Shown here: positions 26,977 through 35,789 of the stretch, in pieces | Numbering within the stretch: position 1 is the stretch's first letter | How the letters are laid out: each line of letters starts with the position of its first letter | Source of the DNA: a virus | Lineage: Duplodnaviria; Caudoviricetes | DNA: 53,736 nucleotides | IMG/VR virus record: IMGVR_UViG_3300045005_000056 | Location: 1-53,736 of that record | Direction: 5' to 3' (one strand) | The notes under the pieces: model-generated | Databases searched by the model: none | Told to the model about the DNA's origin: nothing | Seen by the model: only the letters and a program-made list of their open reading frames with translations | Program-made: the position numbers and the translations under genes

Positions 26977-28551
26977 GTGGCAACCGCACAAGCCGCCGAG
27001 CGGCACTTCAAGACGTTCGCGCGCGGTGAAGTCCGCGACCGCATCCTTGCGAGCTTCCGCGTTCATCTGCGTCAGCTGATCAATCCCGACACCGGCAGCG
27101 CGTTCACCGAGACGGAGATCGCGACGTCGACAGCGGAGCACTCGCGATTCTGGATCGAAGCTGACGCACTCGACTTGACGCTGCTCGCCGCGCAGAACCG
27201 TGGGCTCTTCTTCGCCGATCAAGTTCGCATCGACCGCGCGGCGACCAGCTTCCTCGAAAGCTACCACGGCGCCTTGTGGGGCGAGACGCGTCTACCCGCA
27301 TCCGGCGGATCCGGCAGCGTCAACGCGCCAGCCGTTCCAGGCACGATCTTCGTCGGTTCAACGATCATCCCCGATCCAGCTGCTAACTTCGCCACGGATC
27401 CAGCGGGACTGCGCTATCAAGTGCTGTTCACGACGACGACGCCCGGGAGCGGGACCGCGGCGCTGACGCTGAAAGGTGTCGATACTGGCATCGCGACAAA
27501 TATACCGCTCGGAACGCTGCTGACGTGGTCGAATGGCCCGGCCGGTGCGCCGGCACCAGCAACGGTAGGCACTCAGTTCACCGGCGGGTCACCGCAGGAG
27601 TCCGATGCCGACTACGCGAAGCGCATCCTCGACCGCATCCGACACAAGCCAGCGGCGGGCAATAGCGCACACTTCCGCGCGTGGGCGCGCGAGTCTACGA
27701 CCGCCGTAGAAGACGCGTTCATCTACGCGTGCGCCTTGCACGCCGGCACTGTCATCGTGTGCCCGACACAAAAGCGCTCGACCGTGCTCGGGCCGAACGC
27801 GCGCATCCCATCGATCGGCACGCTGACCGAGGTCACGACCTACCTGACGCCTCCCGGCAGCCCCGTCGTTCCGACGCCGCCGCTCGTGCTCGTCGTGCCG
27901 CCGGTCGCGCTGCCGAGCAACGTCGTGTTGTCGCTTGCGCTACCGCTCGGACAAGCTTCTGGGTGGGCAGCGCTGCAACCATGGCCGGACGCAGTCGGCG
28001 GCTTGCCGACGACCATCACGAGCGTCACGGATCAAACGCACTTCCGCATGACGCTTGGCGCCGGTGCTCCAGCGCTGCCGGTCGGCATAACGGCGCCGCC
28101 GCTGATGGTCTGGAACGCCGCCACGAGCCGCTTCGTTCAGCTCGCCGTATCGTCTGTCACGTTGTTTGCCGGCCTCACGTATGACGTCGTGTTGTCGACT
28201 GCGCCGGCCGTAACGCTCACCGTAGGCCAGTACCTCTCGCCCGACTCCGCGCGCCGCGACTTGATCGCGCAAACGATCGAGTCGTACTTCGACAGCCTCG
28301 GCCCCGGTGAAGTGCTGAACCTAGCGATCGACACGCGCGGCCATCGAGCTTTCCGATTCCCGTTGCCGAATGAAGAATTTCCGCAGCGCGCCGGTGCCGG
28401 CTTGTTGAGCCAACTTCAAGACGGGCTCGGCGCTGCGCTTGCCGACAGCTCGCTCGATTCCATCAGCGTGTCGTTGCCGACCGTCCCAACCGATCCAGTC
28501 CTCGGCCCGCGATTGATCACCATCGGCAACATCGCGATCTATCCACTGTGA
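26977..28551 (+). CDS. Baseplate J-like protein (Mu gp47)
   Basis: TGGSPQESDADYAKRILDR, AGNSAHFRAWA, GTVIV, YFDSLGPGE. Confidence 0.9.
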   Translation: MATAQAAERHFKTFARGEVRDRILASFRVHLRQLINPDTGSAFTETEIATSTAEHSRFWIEADALDLTLLAAQNRGLFFADQVRIDRAATSFLESYHGALWGETRLPASGGSGSVNAPAVPGTIFVGSTIIPDPAANFATDPAGLRYQVLFTTTTPGSGTAALTLKGVDTGIATNIPLGTLLTWSNGPAGAPAPATVGTQFTGGSPQESDADYAKRILDRIRHKPAAGNSAHFRAWARESTTAVEDAFIYACALHAGTVIVCPTQKRSTVLGPNARIPSIGTLTEVTTYLTPPGSPVVPTPPLVLVVPPVALPSNVVLSLALPLGQASGWAALQPWPDAVGGLPTTITSVTDQTHFRMTLGAGAPALPVGITAPPLMVWNAATSRFVQLAVSSVTLFAGLTYDVVLSTAPAVTLTVGQYLSPDSARRDLIAQTIESYFDSLGPGEVLNLAIDTRGHRAFRFPLPNEEFPQRAGAGLLSQLQDGLGAALADSSLDSISVSLPTVPTDPVLGPRLITIGNIAIYPL

Positions 28552-28562
28552 GGTGACGACCC

Positions 28563-29054
28563 GTGGCAGGATTCCCAATTCGACCAACACGCAATGCGTT
28601 CGGACCGAAGCCGGTGAACCGCTTTCCGGTGCGGAACCCGCAGCATGAGCTCGACGGGCCGACCATCGGCGACCTCATCATGTGGCAGATCGCCGGCATG
28701 GGCGTCGTGTCTCCCGTCACGTTCGCGCTCTTGACGATCGCGGCTGGCCCGAGCTTGACGCTGACAGCGAGCGGCGAGGCATGGGACCCAGACGCAGGGT
28801 CTATCCCGACGATCGCGTACGTCGGCGTCGGCACCTACACCGTTCAATATGCGACGACGTACCCAGACAAGGACGCCATCACGCAGACGACCAACCTGCT
28901 GTTTGCGACGGCATTGCTTCAGACGCTAAGCGACTTCCGGGCTACGGCGAAGGTGCAGGCCGACAAGCGCACGATCGATGTGCGCGTGCGAAACGCAGCC
29001 GGCGCGCTCGCCGACATGGCGATCGGTGACGCAATCGCCGTAATGGCATGGTGA
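28563..29054 (+). CDS. Hypothetical baseplate/tail protein
   Basis: GAGGTGA SD; beta-rich. Confidence 0.7.
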   Translation: MAGFPIRPTRNAFGPKPVNRFPVRNPQHELDGPTIGDLIMWQIAGMGVVSPVTFALLTIAAGPSLTLTASGEAWDPDAGSIPTIAYVGVGTYTVQYATTYPDKDAITQTTNLLFATALLQTLSDFRATAKVQADKRTIDVRVRNAAGALADMAIGDAIAVMAW

Positions 29055-29058
29055 CGCG

Positions 29059-29745
29059 ATGGGCGGATGGGGAAGACAGAACCCTTGGCCGATTCAATGG
29101 GGCGGCGGCGAAAGCAGCTTCGAGCAGCTGTGGCAGGCGCTACGCAAGGCGCTCGGCACACGCGGCCCTGGTCCCATCGGCGGCATCGAGGACGCATGGC
29201 GCGAGAGCAAGGTCGTCGGTCTACTGACTGCAACGACCGCGATGGAGCGAGCGGCCACGCAGGCGCTGCCCGATCGCGCAACGGATCACCTCGAGGTCTA
29301 CGAGAACCTGCTCGGCCTACCGCCCGAAGGACCCGCGCAGCAACGCCGCAGTGCCGCGGCTAGCGCGTGGACGTCGAAGATCGACGCAACAATCCCAGCG
29401 CTGCGTTCAGCGCTGCAAGCGATCGACGCCGGGCTCGACATCGTCACGGTGATTCAGGGCTCGGCGGCGATCTGGCAGATGGGCCGCTCGTACGCCGACC
29501 GCACAAGTGGTGTCGGCGGCACGCGCAACACGCAGTTTCCGAATTTCTCGCAGCACTTCATCGTGCATGTGATCTGGCTGGGTCTGCCGATGGGCTTGCC
29601 GGATCCGGCGAAACGGCTGCGTGTCGAGGCGCTGCTGAACACCGCGCTGCCGTCGTGGGTCGACTGGACGATCTTCAACGGCGCCGGATTCTTCCTCGAC
29701 GGATTCAACAGCAGCTATCTCGACCTCACGGCCTTTAGCCCGTAG
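29059..29745 (+). CDS. Mu gp48-like (DUF2313) baseplate protein
   Basis: PDRATDHL..YE.LLGLP, LNTALPSWV. Confidence 0.72.
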   Translation: MGGWGRQNPWPIQWGGGESSFEQLWQALRKALGTRGPGPIGGIEDAWRESKVVGLLTATTAMERAATQALPDRATDHLEVYENLLGLPPEGPAQQRRSAAASAWTSKIDATIPALRSALQAIDAGLDIVTVIQGSAAIWQMGRSYADRTSGVGGTRNTQFPNFSQHFIVHVIWLGLPMGLPDPAKRLRVEALLNTALPSWVDWTIFNGAGFFLDGFNSSYLDLTAFSP

Positions 29746-29761
29746 CGTAGGAGCGTAACTC

Positions 29762-30574
29762 GTGCCGAACTTCCCAAGAGTCAAGCCCCCAGGCTGGGCG
29801 CTGAACGAGATCCTGACGTCAGCGCAGATGAACGCGCTCGACATCGATCACACGAAGGCGCCGAACTTCGCGGAGGGAAGCTCGCATGCGCCGACCGGAA
29901 ACATCGACGTCAGCGACTCGAATGGCTTCGGTTTCGGCAACATCGTCGTGAAGGGCACGACGCAGCAGAAGGGCGCGCTCGACATCACGGGGCCAACGCT
30001 CGACATCGCGGCCGGAACCGTGATGACGCTGAAGGGCGGAAACCTTCCGATCCTTCAGCCGGTCGGTCGCACCTACCCGCAGCCGATAGAGTGTGCGCGC
30101 GACGGAAACGACGGGCCGGATCCTCACTCGTGGAAGTTCGTCGGCACGGGCTCGACGTATGGGAGGCATTGGCGCTGTGGCTTCGCGTCGGCGTTCTCGC
30201 TCTTCATCCCGTTGACGAAGATGCCTCGCGGCGCTGACATCACGCTCGTTCACGTCTGGGTTGACGGGAACGGAGCGGGATTTTCCCACGCAGCGCTACC
30301 AGCCTTCATGCCAAGCTTCGCACTTCAAAAGCTCGTCCTCGATACAGGCGTTGTTTCGACGGTTGGCACGGCGACAGATACGTCTGTCAACCTTGCGAAC
30401 TATGAGCTGTATCATTCGATCAACCTATCGGTGGCGGATGGCGTTGCGCCAGTGAACGACAACACCGCCTATTGGCTGAGGTTCACGCCCGAGTCAGGAG
30501 CGAATGCCGTCGCCGAGTCGCTCGCCGTCATCGCGTGTGACATCCTGTTCACGACGAAGCTCCTCTCCCCGTGA
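29762..30574 (+). CDS. Tail fibre-like protein
   Basis: GWALNEILTSAQMNALD baseplate-anchor-like N-terminus. Confidence 0.65.
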   Translation: MPNFPRVKPPGWALNEILTSAQMNALDIDHTKAPNFAEGSSHAPTGNIDVSDSNGFGFGNIVVKGTTQQKGALDITGPTLDIAAGTVMTLKGGNLPILQPVGRTYPQPIECARDGNDGPDPHSWKFVGTGSTYGRHWRCGFASAFSLFIPLTKMPRGADITLVHVWVDGNGAGFSHAALPAFMPSFALQKLVLDTGVVSTVGTATDTSVNLANYELYHSINLSVADGVAPVNDNTAYWLRFTPESGANAVAESLAVIACDILFTTKLLSP

Positions 30575-30578
30575 GATC

Positions 30579-30983
30579 ATGGCCGACTTCGAGCTTGTCC
30601 CCACGATCGGCCTGGACCTTCAGGTCTGGATCGATCCGGCATTCGGCAGTACACCGACGCGCATCAACCCACTCGCGTCGCAGCCGCATCGATACTGGCG
30701 CGCGCTCGACACGAACGTAACGATCGAAGTGCGTGCCGTCATTGGCGGCGTAGCCGGCCCGGCTGACGCAACGCTGGGCGGTAGGCTGTTTCTTTGGCAT
30801 TTCGCCGAAGGCGGCACCAAGATGGGGTTTCCCGTGCCGATCATCAATCCGCCAGGCTTCACGTCGATCGCCCAGTTGATCTTGACGCCGTTCGGCGGAT
30901 CGCCGGGTCAGCAAGTGCTAGTCGCGTCGCGATCGCTTGGCGGCAACGTGGGCCTCCCGTTCATTGTGGAGATGTTCGCATGA
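30579..30983 (+). CDS. Hypothetical virion protein
   Basis: In operon; coupled to next gene. Confidence 0.65.
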   Translation: MADFELVPTIGLDLQVWIDPAFGSTPTRINPLASQPHRYWRALDTNVTIEVRAVIGGVAGPADATLGGRLFLWHFAEGGTKMGFPVPIINPPGFTSIAQLILTPFGGSPGQQVLVASRSLGGNVGLPFIVEMFA

Positions 30984-31342
30984 GCATTCTCGACGAAATC
31001 TGCCCGCTGACCGTGAAGGCCGAGGCAATATCGCTTCAGCTAGCGAACCCGCTCGTGCCGGCGCGCGCATTCCGCGCGATCGACATCGCAGCCAGCTACA
31101 CGAAGACGTCGCCCGAAGGTGTGCGCTTGCCGCTCGAGCTGCTGATCACCGGGCCGAGCCCGAAGAGCTTTCAGCGGCACTTCTTCCGGCGTTCCGTTCC
31201 GTCGATCGTCACCTTCACGCCCAAGGAGGGCGGATTGTTCAACGTCGTGTTGCGCGAGGTCGGGCACAACCTTTGGACAGGCTCACTATCGATCACCGTC
31301 GCGGGCGAGCAGCTAAGCGCGGTATCGTCGGGTGGGACATGA
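30980..31342 (+). CDS. Hypothetical virion protein (Ig-like)
   Basis: Coupled ORF; FTPKEGG.F.VVLRE. Confidence 0.65.
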   Translation: MSILDEICPLTVKAEAISLQLANPLVPARAFRAIDIAASYTKTSPEGVRLPLELLITGPSPKSFQRHFFRRSVPSIVTFTPKEGGLFNVVLREVGHNLWTGSLSITVAGEQLSAVSSGGT

Positions 31343-32163
31343 GCGACGCGAAGTTTCGCATCAACAGCTCGGCATCGAGCGCTGGCGGTTTCGACGCCAC
31401 CAACGGGCAGGTGCTGACGCTCCAACTCGAAGCGTCTCCGGGGCTCGACATCGAAACCGTGCTCTATTCGGTCAGCCAGTTCACGAAGAATGCGCCGTCG
31501 CTGACATTTTCGAATCCGAGCCCGCAGCCGCCGACGACGGCAATCACCGTCGCGATGCCTGCCGCGGGGAATCACACGTACATCCTCCGATCCGTGATCA
31601 ACGGCGGCGTCGACAAGCTGAACAAGAAGGTTGCCGCGTTCACGCACGAGCGCATCGTCGCGATTCGGAACTCGCTCGGCAAGCGCAAGATCCCGCCAGC
31701 CGAAACGCAGCAGTACGACGCGACGTTCGGCTGGACCGAGGCGTTCAACGAAACGATCGACGGCGCCGCTGAAAGCCCGACGCAGGTCTTGAAGTTCACG
31801 ACGACTACTGCCGTGCAAGCAGAGTTGACGAAGGACGGCGCCGCGCCGGGCGCGAGCAACCGCATCTTCGTGCCGACTGACAGCTCGAAGCTTTACGTCG
31901 TCGAACTGTTGGCCCGTCGGACGGATGCCGACAACGAGGCCGCGGCGTGGGAGTTCAAGGGCGGCATCTCGAACAATGCTGGCACGACCGCGCTCGATGG
32001 CCTCGTCATCAAGACGACGATCCACAACTCGAACCCGGCCGCTTGGGACGCAGACATCGCGGCCGATAACACGAACGACTCGCTGCGCGTGCTCGTCACC
32101 GGGCAGGCCGGCAAGACCATCAGCTGGCGCGCGAACGTGCGGCTGGTAGAGATCACGGGGTGA
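31339..32163 (+). CDS. Tail-associated protein
   Basis: Coupled ORF; C-terminal domain similar to that of 35790-37760. Confidence 0.7.
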   Translation: MSDAKFRINSSASSAGGFDATNGQVLTLQLEASPGLDIETVLYSVSQFTKNAPSLTFSNPSPQPPTTAITVAMPAAGNHTYILRSVINGGVDKLNKKVAAFTHERIVAIRNSLGKRKIPPAETQQYDATFGWTEAFNETIDGAAESPTQVLKFTTTTAVQAELTKDGAAPGASNRIFVPTDSSKLYVVELLARRTDADNEAAAWEFKGGISNNAGTTALDGLVIKTTIHNSNPAAWDADIAADNTNDSLRVLVTGQAGKTISWRANVRLVEITG

Positions 32164-32166
32164 CGC

Positions 32167-32592
32167 ATGGCGATCGGGCTGCATTTCGACAACATCCTCG
32201 GCACCGTCACGTGGCAGGGCATGCCGGTCGGCGCGCCCGGCGGCATCATCTCTGGTTCGTGGACGACACCCTCCGGCGCGGTCGCCGTGCGCGATGCCGT
32301 CTACGTGTCGGCGCCGGGTGAAGTGTCGCGCGCGGACGCAGACGACCCGCTGAAGGCGCCGGCCGTCGGCTTCGTCGTGCAGGTGTCGAGTCCGACGGCG
32401 TGCGTCGTGCAGTACTATGGCGAGATCGCTGGCTTCGTCGGGCTCACGCCCGGCGCGACCTATTTCCTGTCGACGACCCCCGGTGGCATCACGACATCCG
32501 CCCCCGCGCTTCCTGGAATCGTGCAGGAGCTCGGATTTGCGAAGAGCGCGACGACGCTGGTTGCCACGCTCGATCGCGACGTGTTGGAGTAG
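32167..32592 (+). CDS. Virion protein with DUF2190-like domain
   Basis: DAVYVS, AVGFV, GLTPGATYFLSTTPG.IT, VQELGFAKSAT. Confidence 0.7.
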   Translation: MAIGLHFDNILGTVTWQGMPVGAPGGIISGSWTTPSGAVAVRDAVYVSAPGEVSRADADDPLKAPAVGFVVQVSSPTACVVQYYGEIAGFVGLTPGATYFLSTTPGGITTSAPALPGIVQELGFAKSATTLVATLDRDVLE

Positions 32593-32601
32593 AGTAGAGC
32601 C

Positions 32602-32832
32602 ATGGCGCAGTTTCGATTCAAGGGCGTTTCGATCAACAACATCAAGGTTGGCGGCCAGCCGCTCGGCAACGTTCCGATGCGTAAGCAGCGCCTGTGCGCG
32701 TGCGACGGGCACGTCCACGAGCTGTTGCCGGCCAACGGCGACACGTTTCAGATCGACGAGGTCGTCTCGGTCGGCGACGATCGGTGCGTCCGACACATGC
32801 AAGCGCTCCCACATTGGGAAGAAGTCACGTAG
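32602..32832 (+). CDS. Hypothetical protein
   Basis: 76 aa ORF in operon. Confidence 0.55.
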   Translation: MAQFRFKGVSINNIKVGGQPLGNVPMRKQRLCACDGHVHELLPANGDTFQIDEVVSVGDDRCVRHMQALPHWEEVT

Positions 32833-32912
32833 ATTCCACGCGCGCCGGGCCCTCCTGGCGCGAACTCAGGTTTCGCAAAACAACAAAGAGGTGAACATGA
32901 GGAGCAGGGTAC

Positions 32913-35297
32913 ATGACCGCGTTTCAAGCCGTTCACTTCTCGCCGACCTCGGGGCAACCGAAGCGTGTCGCAGCGACCGATAGCCTGATCATCGGCACGG
33001 GCGCTGAATCGGCGTCTGGGCAAAGCCTGTCGTTCACCAGCTCGCTCGGCGCCTTCAGCGTCGTGGCGACCACGCTGACCATGGGCAGCGTGGGCGCGAC
33101 GGCTAACTACCGCGGCTCCGACGTCACGATCGGCGACAACGCGTCGGCCGTGAAGATCGGCGGCACGAGCGGGACCGCCACCCTGACCTTGCAGGGCAAC
33201 GCTACCGTGACGGGCAATCTCACCGTCACGGGAACTGAGATCGTCAGCTCGACCGTGAACCTTAACCAGGACGTCATCCTGGGCGATGCTGCCAACGACA
33301 CGATCTCGATGAAGGGATCTTGGGGCTCGGTCGCAGACCCAGATTTCAATCTGCGGCGCGGCAGTGCGCACTCGTTCGTGGGACGCGCGGCCGGCTCGAG
33401 TGATGGCTCGACCGGCGACGCTATCAGCTACAAGGGCAGCGCCGGCGGCAACGGTGCCGCAGGCGCTAGCCCGACGCACGGCGGCATCGGCGGAGCCCTG
33501 GCGCTCACCGGCGCGAAGGGTGGCACGGGGCAAGGGTCGTCGACGAGCGGTCAGCAGGCAAACGGCGGCGCTGGCGGCACGTTGACCATCAAGGGCGGCG
33601 ACGGCGGCGACGGCACGACCGGCGCGATGTTCAACGGCGCGGCTGGCAACGCAGGCGCGCTCGTGCTCCTCGGTGGCGACGGCGGCGCGAACGGCAACGG
33701 CAATGGATCAAACGTCGACATCGCTGGCGGCGCGCTGACCGGCTCGGGCACAAACGGACTCGTTCGCATCGGATTCCAGACGACCAGCTCGATGGAGTTC
33801 GGCAACGTGACGACGAACCCGACGATCGTGATCCGCGGCACCGGCACGATCACGCAGCTGTCGACCGGGCAGGTCACGTTCAACGGCAACGTCGACACGA
33901 CGGCCGGCTTGGACGTGACGGGCGGCTCGGGCCTGTCGATCGACGGCATCGGCATCGACAGCTCGGGCAGCGCGCTGTTACTCGGTACCGGCACGACTGC
34001 CGCGCCCCGCGTGCCGCAGCTGACGACCGCACAGCGCGACGCGCTCACGGCGCAGAACGGCATGATCATCTACAACACGACGACTGCGCAGTTCGAGGGA
34101 TACGACGTGTCGTGGCAAGCGCTCGGAAGCGGCGGCGCCGTCGCCGGTACGGATTCCGAGACGTTCACGATCAATCAGGACGCGGCTGCGGCCGACTCGC
34201 AAGACGTCTCGCTGATCACGAAAGCGGGTCGCGGTGCCGGCGGAACCACGAAACAGGCGTGGCGACTGCTGCACGACCATGATTCACACGGCGCGGCAGG
34301 AAGCTATCAGGGTCAGCTGCTCATCCAGAGCTCAACCGACCATGACGGTGGCGTCTACACGACTCGCATCACGATTGCGCCAGGCGCAGCGACGCCGACG
34401 ATCACGCTCGGCATCAATGTCGACGCCACCGCCGGGCTCGACGTGTCCGGCGGCGACTTCACGTCGACCGGCGGCCAGATCGTCTTCAACGGCACGAACG
34501 TCGACCTTAACCCAACGGGCGACTACACGCTCGACCTCGCCGCGACGAAGAAGGCGACGATCACGATCGCCGACAACCTCGCGAGCGCGTGGCTCGTGCG
34601 CGAGGGAACGAACAACTACATCGACGTGTCGACGACCGACGCCGGTCCCGAGATCAAGCTCGGAAACACTACCGTGAACCCCAAGTTGACGAAGGTCGGC
34701 AACGGCCTGGTCGACATGCGCGGCACCGGCGGATCGCTCGACGTACCGGCTGGAACGTCCTTCCTGATCGGTGGCGTTGCGGTCGGTACGGCGAACTTCA
34801 CTGCTGCGAACGTGACGGCGCTGCTCGATGGCACGACCATCGAGGACTTCGGAACCGCGCTGCACAAGCACGAGATCGTCCAGGGCAACACGCCGCAAAC
34901 GAAGCTCACCGGCCAGACCGAGGCCGCTGGCTCGGCCTTCGCGAACAACATGGCCGGCCGCATCACGCGCGCTGGCGAGTGGAACAAGACCGATGCGCAG
35001 ATCGATGCCGGATCGCGCTTCGCTGGCATCCGAACGGCGTCGGGCGAGTTCGTGCTGAGCGGCGTCGTAACCGCCGCGTTCACGACCGATGGCGGTTCGC
35101 CGGCCGAAGGCGCGCCGATCTATCTCGCGCGCGCAGCGGCCGACGCGAACGCTGGCGCCGGCAAGCTGACGGCCGGCGTCAACAACACGAATGGCGAGTT
35201 CAACCAAGAGGTCGGGATCTGCCTCGACAACGCGAACTATGCCGGTTCGAAGACATGCGTGATCGTTCTTCAGCCAAAGGTGCGCGTTGACCTGTAA
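32913..35297 (+). CDS. Long Gly/Thr-rich tail fibre
   Basis: 794 aa; GGxGG repeats; VPQLTTAQRDAL...GMIIYNTT trimer motif. Confidence 0.8.
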   Translation: MTAFQAVHFSPTSGQPKRVAATDSLIIGTGAESASGQSLSFTSSLGAFSVVATTLTMGSVGATANYRGSDVTIGDNASAVKIGGTSGTATLTLQGNATVTGNLTVTGTEIVSSTVNLNQDVILGDAANDTISMKGSWGSVADPDFNLRRGSAHSFVGRAAGSSDGSTGDAISYKGSAGGNGAAGASPTHGGIGGALALTGAKGGTGQGSSTSGQQANGGAGGTLTIKGGDGGDGTTGAMFNGAAGNAGALVLLGGDGGANGNGNGSNVDIAGGALTGSGTNGLVRIGFQTTSSMEFGNVTTNPTIVIRGTGTITQLSTGQVTFNGNVDTTAGLDVTGGSGLSIDGIGIDSSGSALLLGTGTTAAPRVPQLTTAQRDALTAQNGMIIYNTTTAQFEGYDVSWQALGSGGAVAGTDSETFTINQDAAAADSQDVSLITKAGRGAGGTTKQAWRLLHDHDSHGAAGSYQGQLLIQSSTDHDGGVYTTRITIAPGAATPTITLGINVDATAGLDVSGGDFTSTGGQIVFNGTNVDLNPTGDYTLDLAATKKATITIADNLASAWLVREGTNNYIDVSTTDAGPEIKLGNTTVNPKLTKVGNGLVDMRGTGGSLDVPAGTSFLIGGVAVGTANFTAANVTALLDGTTIEDFGTALHKHEIVQGNTPQTKLTGQTEAAGSAFANNMAGRITRAGEWNKTDAQIDAGSRFAGIRTASGEFVLSGVVTAAFTTDGGSPAEGAPIYLARAAADANAGAGKLTAGVNNTNGEFNQEVGICLDNANYAGSKTCVIVLQPKVRVDL

Positions 35298-35388
35298 GAT
35301 GGCGGTCGGCTGACCGGGTCCCGCGGCGTTTGTTCACCTCTTTCGTCGCGGGCCTGGAAGGCCGCTAACCCTGAAGAGGTGAACCAAC

Positions 35389-35778
35389 ATGAAGGCACGA
35401 AAGCGCAAGGCCACGTTGACCGAGCCGACCAATAGCAACGGATCGCCGAAGCCGACGGCAACGCCGTCCGTCGCTGACCTCGTCGTGAAGGAGATGACGA
35501 ACCCGTCACAGCTGCCGCCCGAACTGAAGCTGAACGCGAGCGAACGCGAGCAATGGTCGAAGCAACTCGGGCTCGTCGACCAACTGCGACTAGCGCAGTC
35601 GGACGCAGTCGACCACGCGCTGAACCAGATCACGTTGATCCACAACGAGCTGAACAACCAGCGCGCGAAGCTGCGCCAGCTCGGCGAAAGCTTCGGCATG
35701 AGCCGTGGCCTTGACTTCAAGTCGTACAGCTTCGACATCGACAAGCTCGAATTTGTGGAGCGCCAACCCACGGCGTGA
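35389..35778 (+). CDS. Hypothetical coiled-coil protein (possible fibre chaperone)
   Basis: AAGAGGTGAAC SD; between two fibre genes. Confidence 0.65.
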   Translation: MKARKRKATLTEPTNSNGSPKPTATPSVADLVVKEMTNPSQLPPELKLNASEREQWSKQLGLVDQLRLAQSDAVDHALNQITLIHNELNNQRAKLRQLGESFGMSRGLDFKSYSFDIDKLEFVERQPTA

Positions 35779-35789
35779 GGTCGTAGGCG

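Noticed and set aside
31171-32814. 547-aa minus-strand ORF
   Set aside because: Arg/His/Asp-rich shadow of several real + strand genes, with no domain motifs, unlike the intein antisense ORF.
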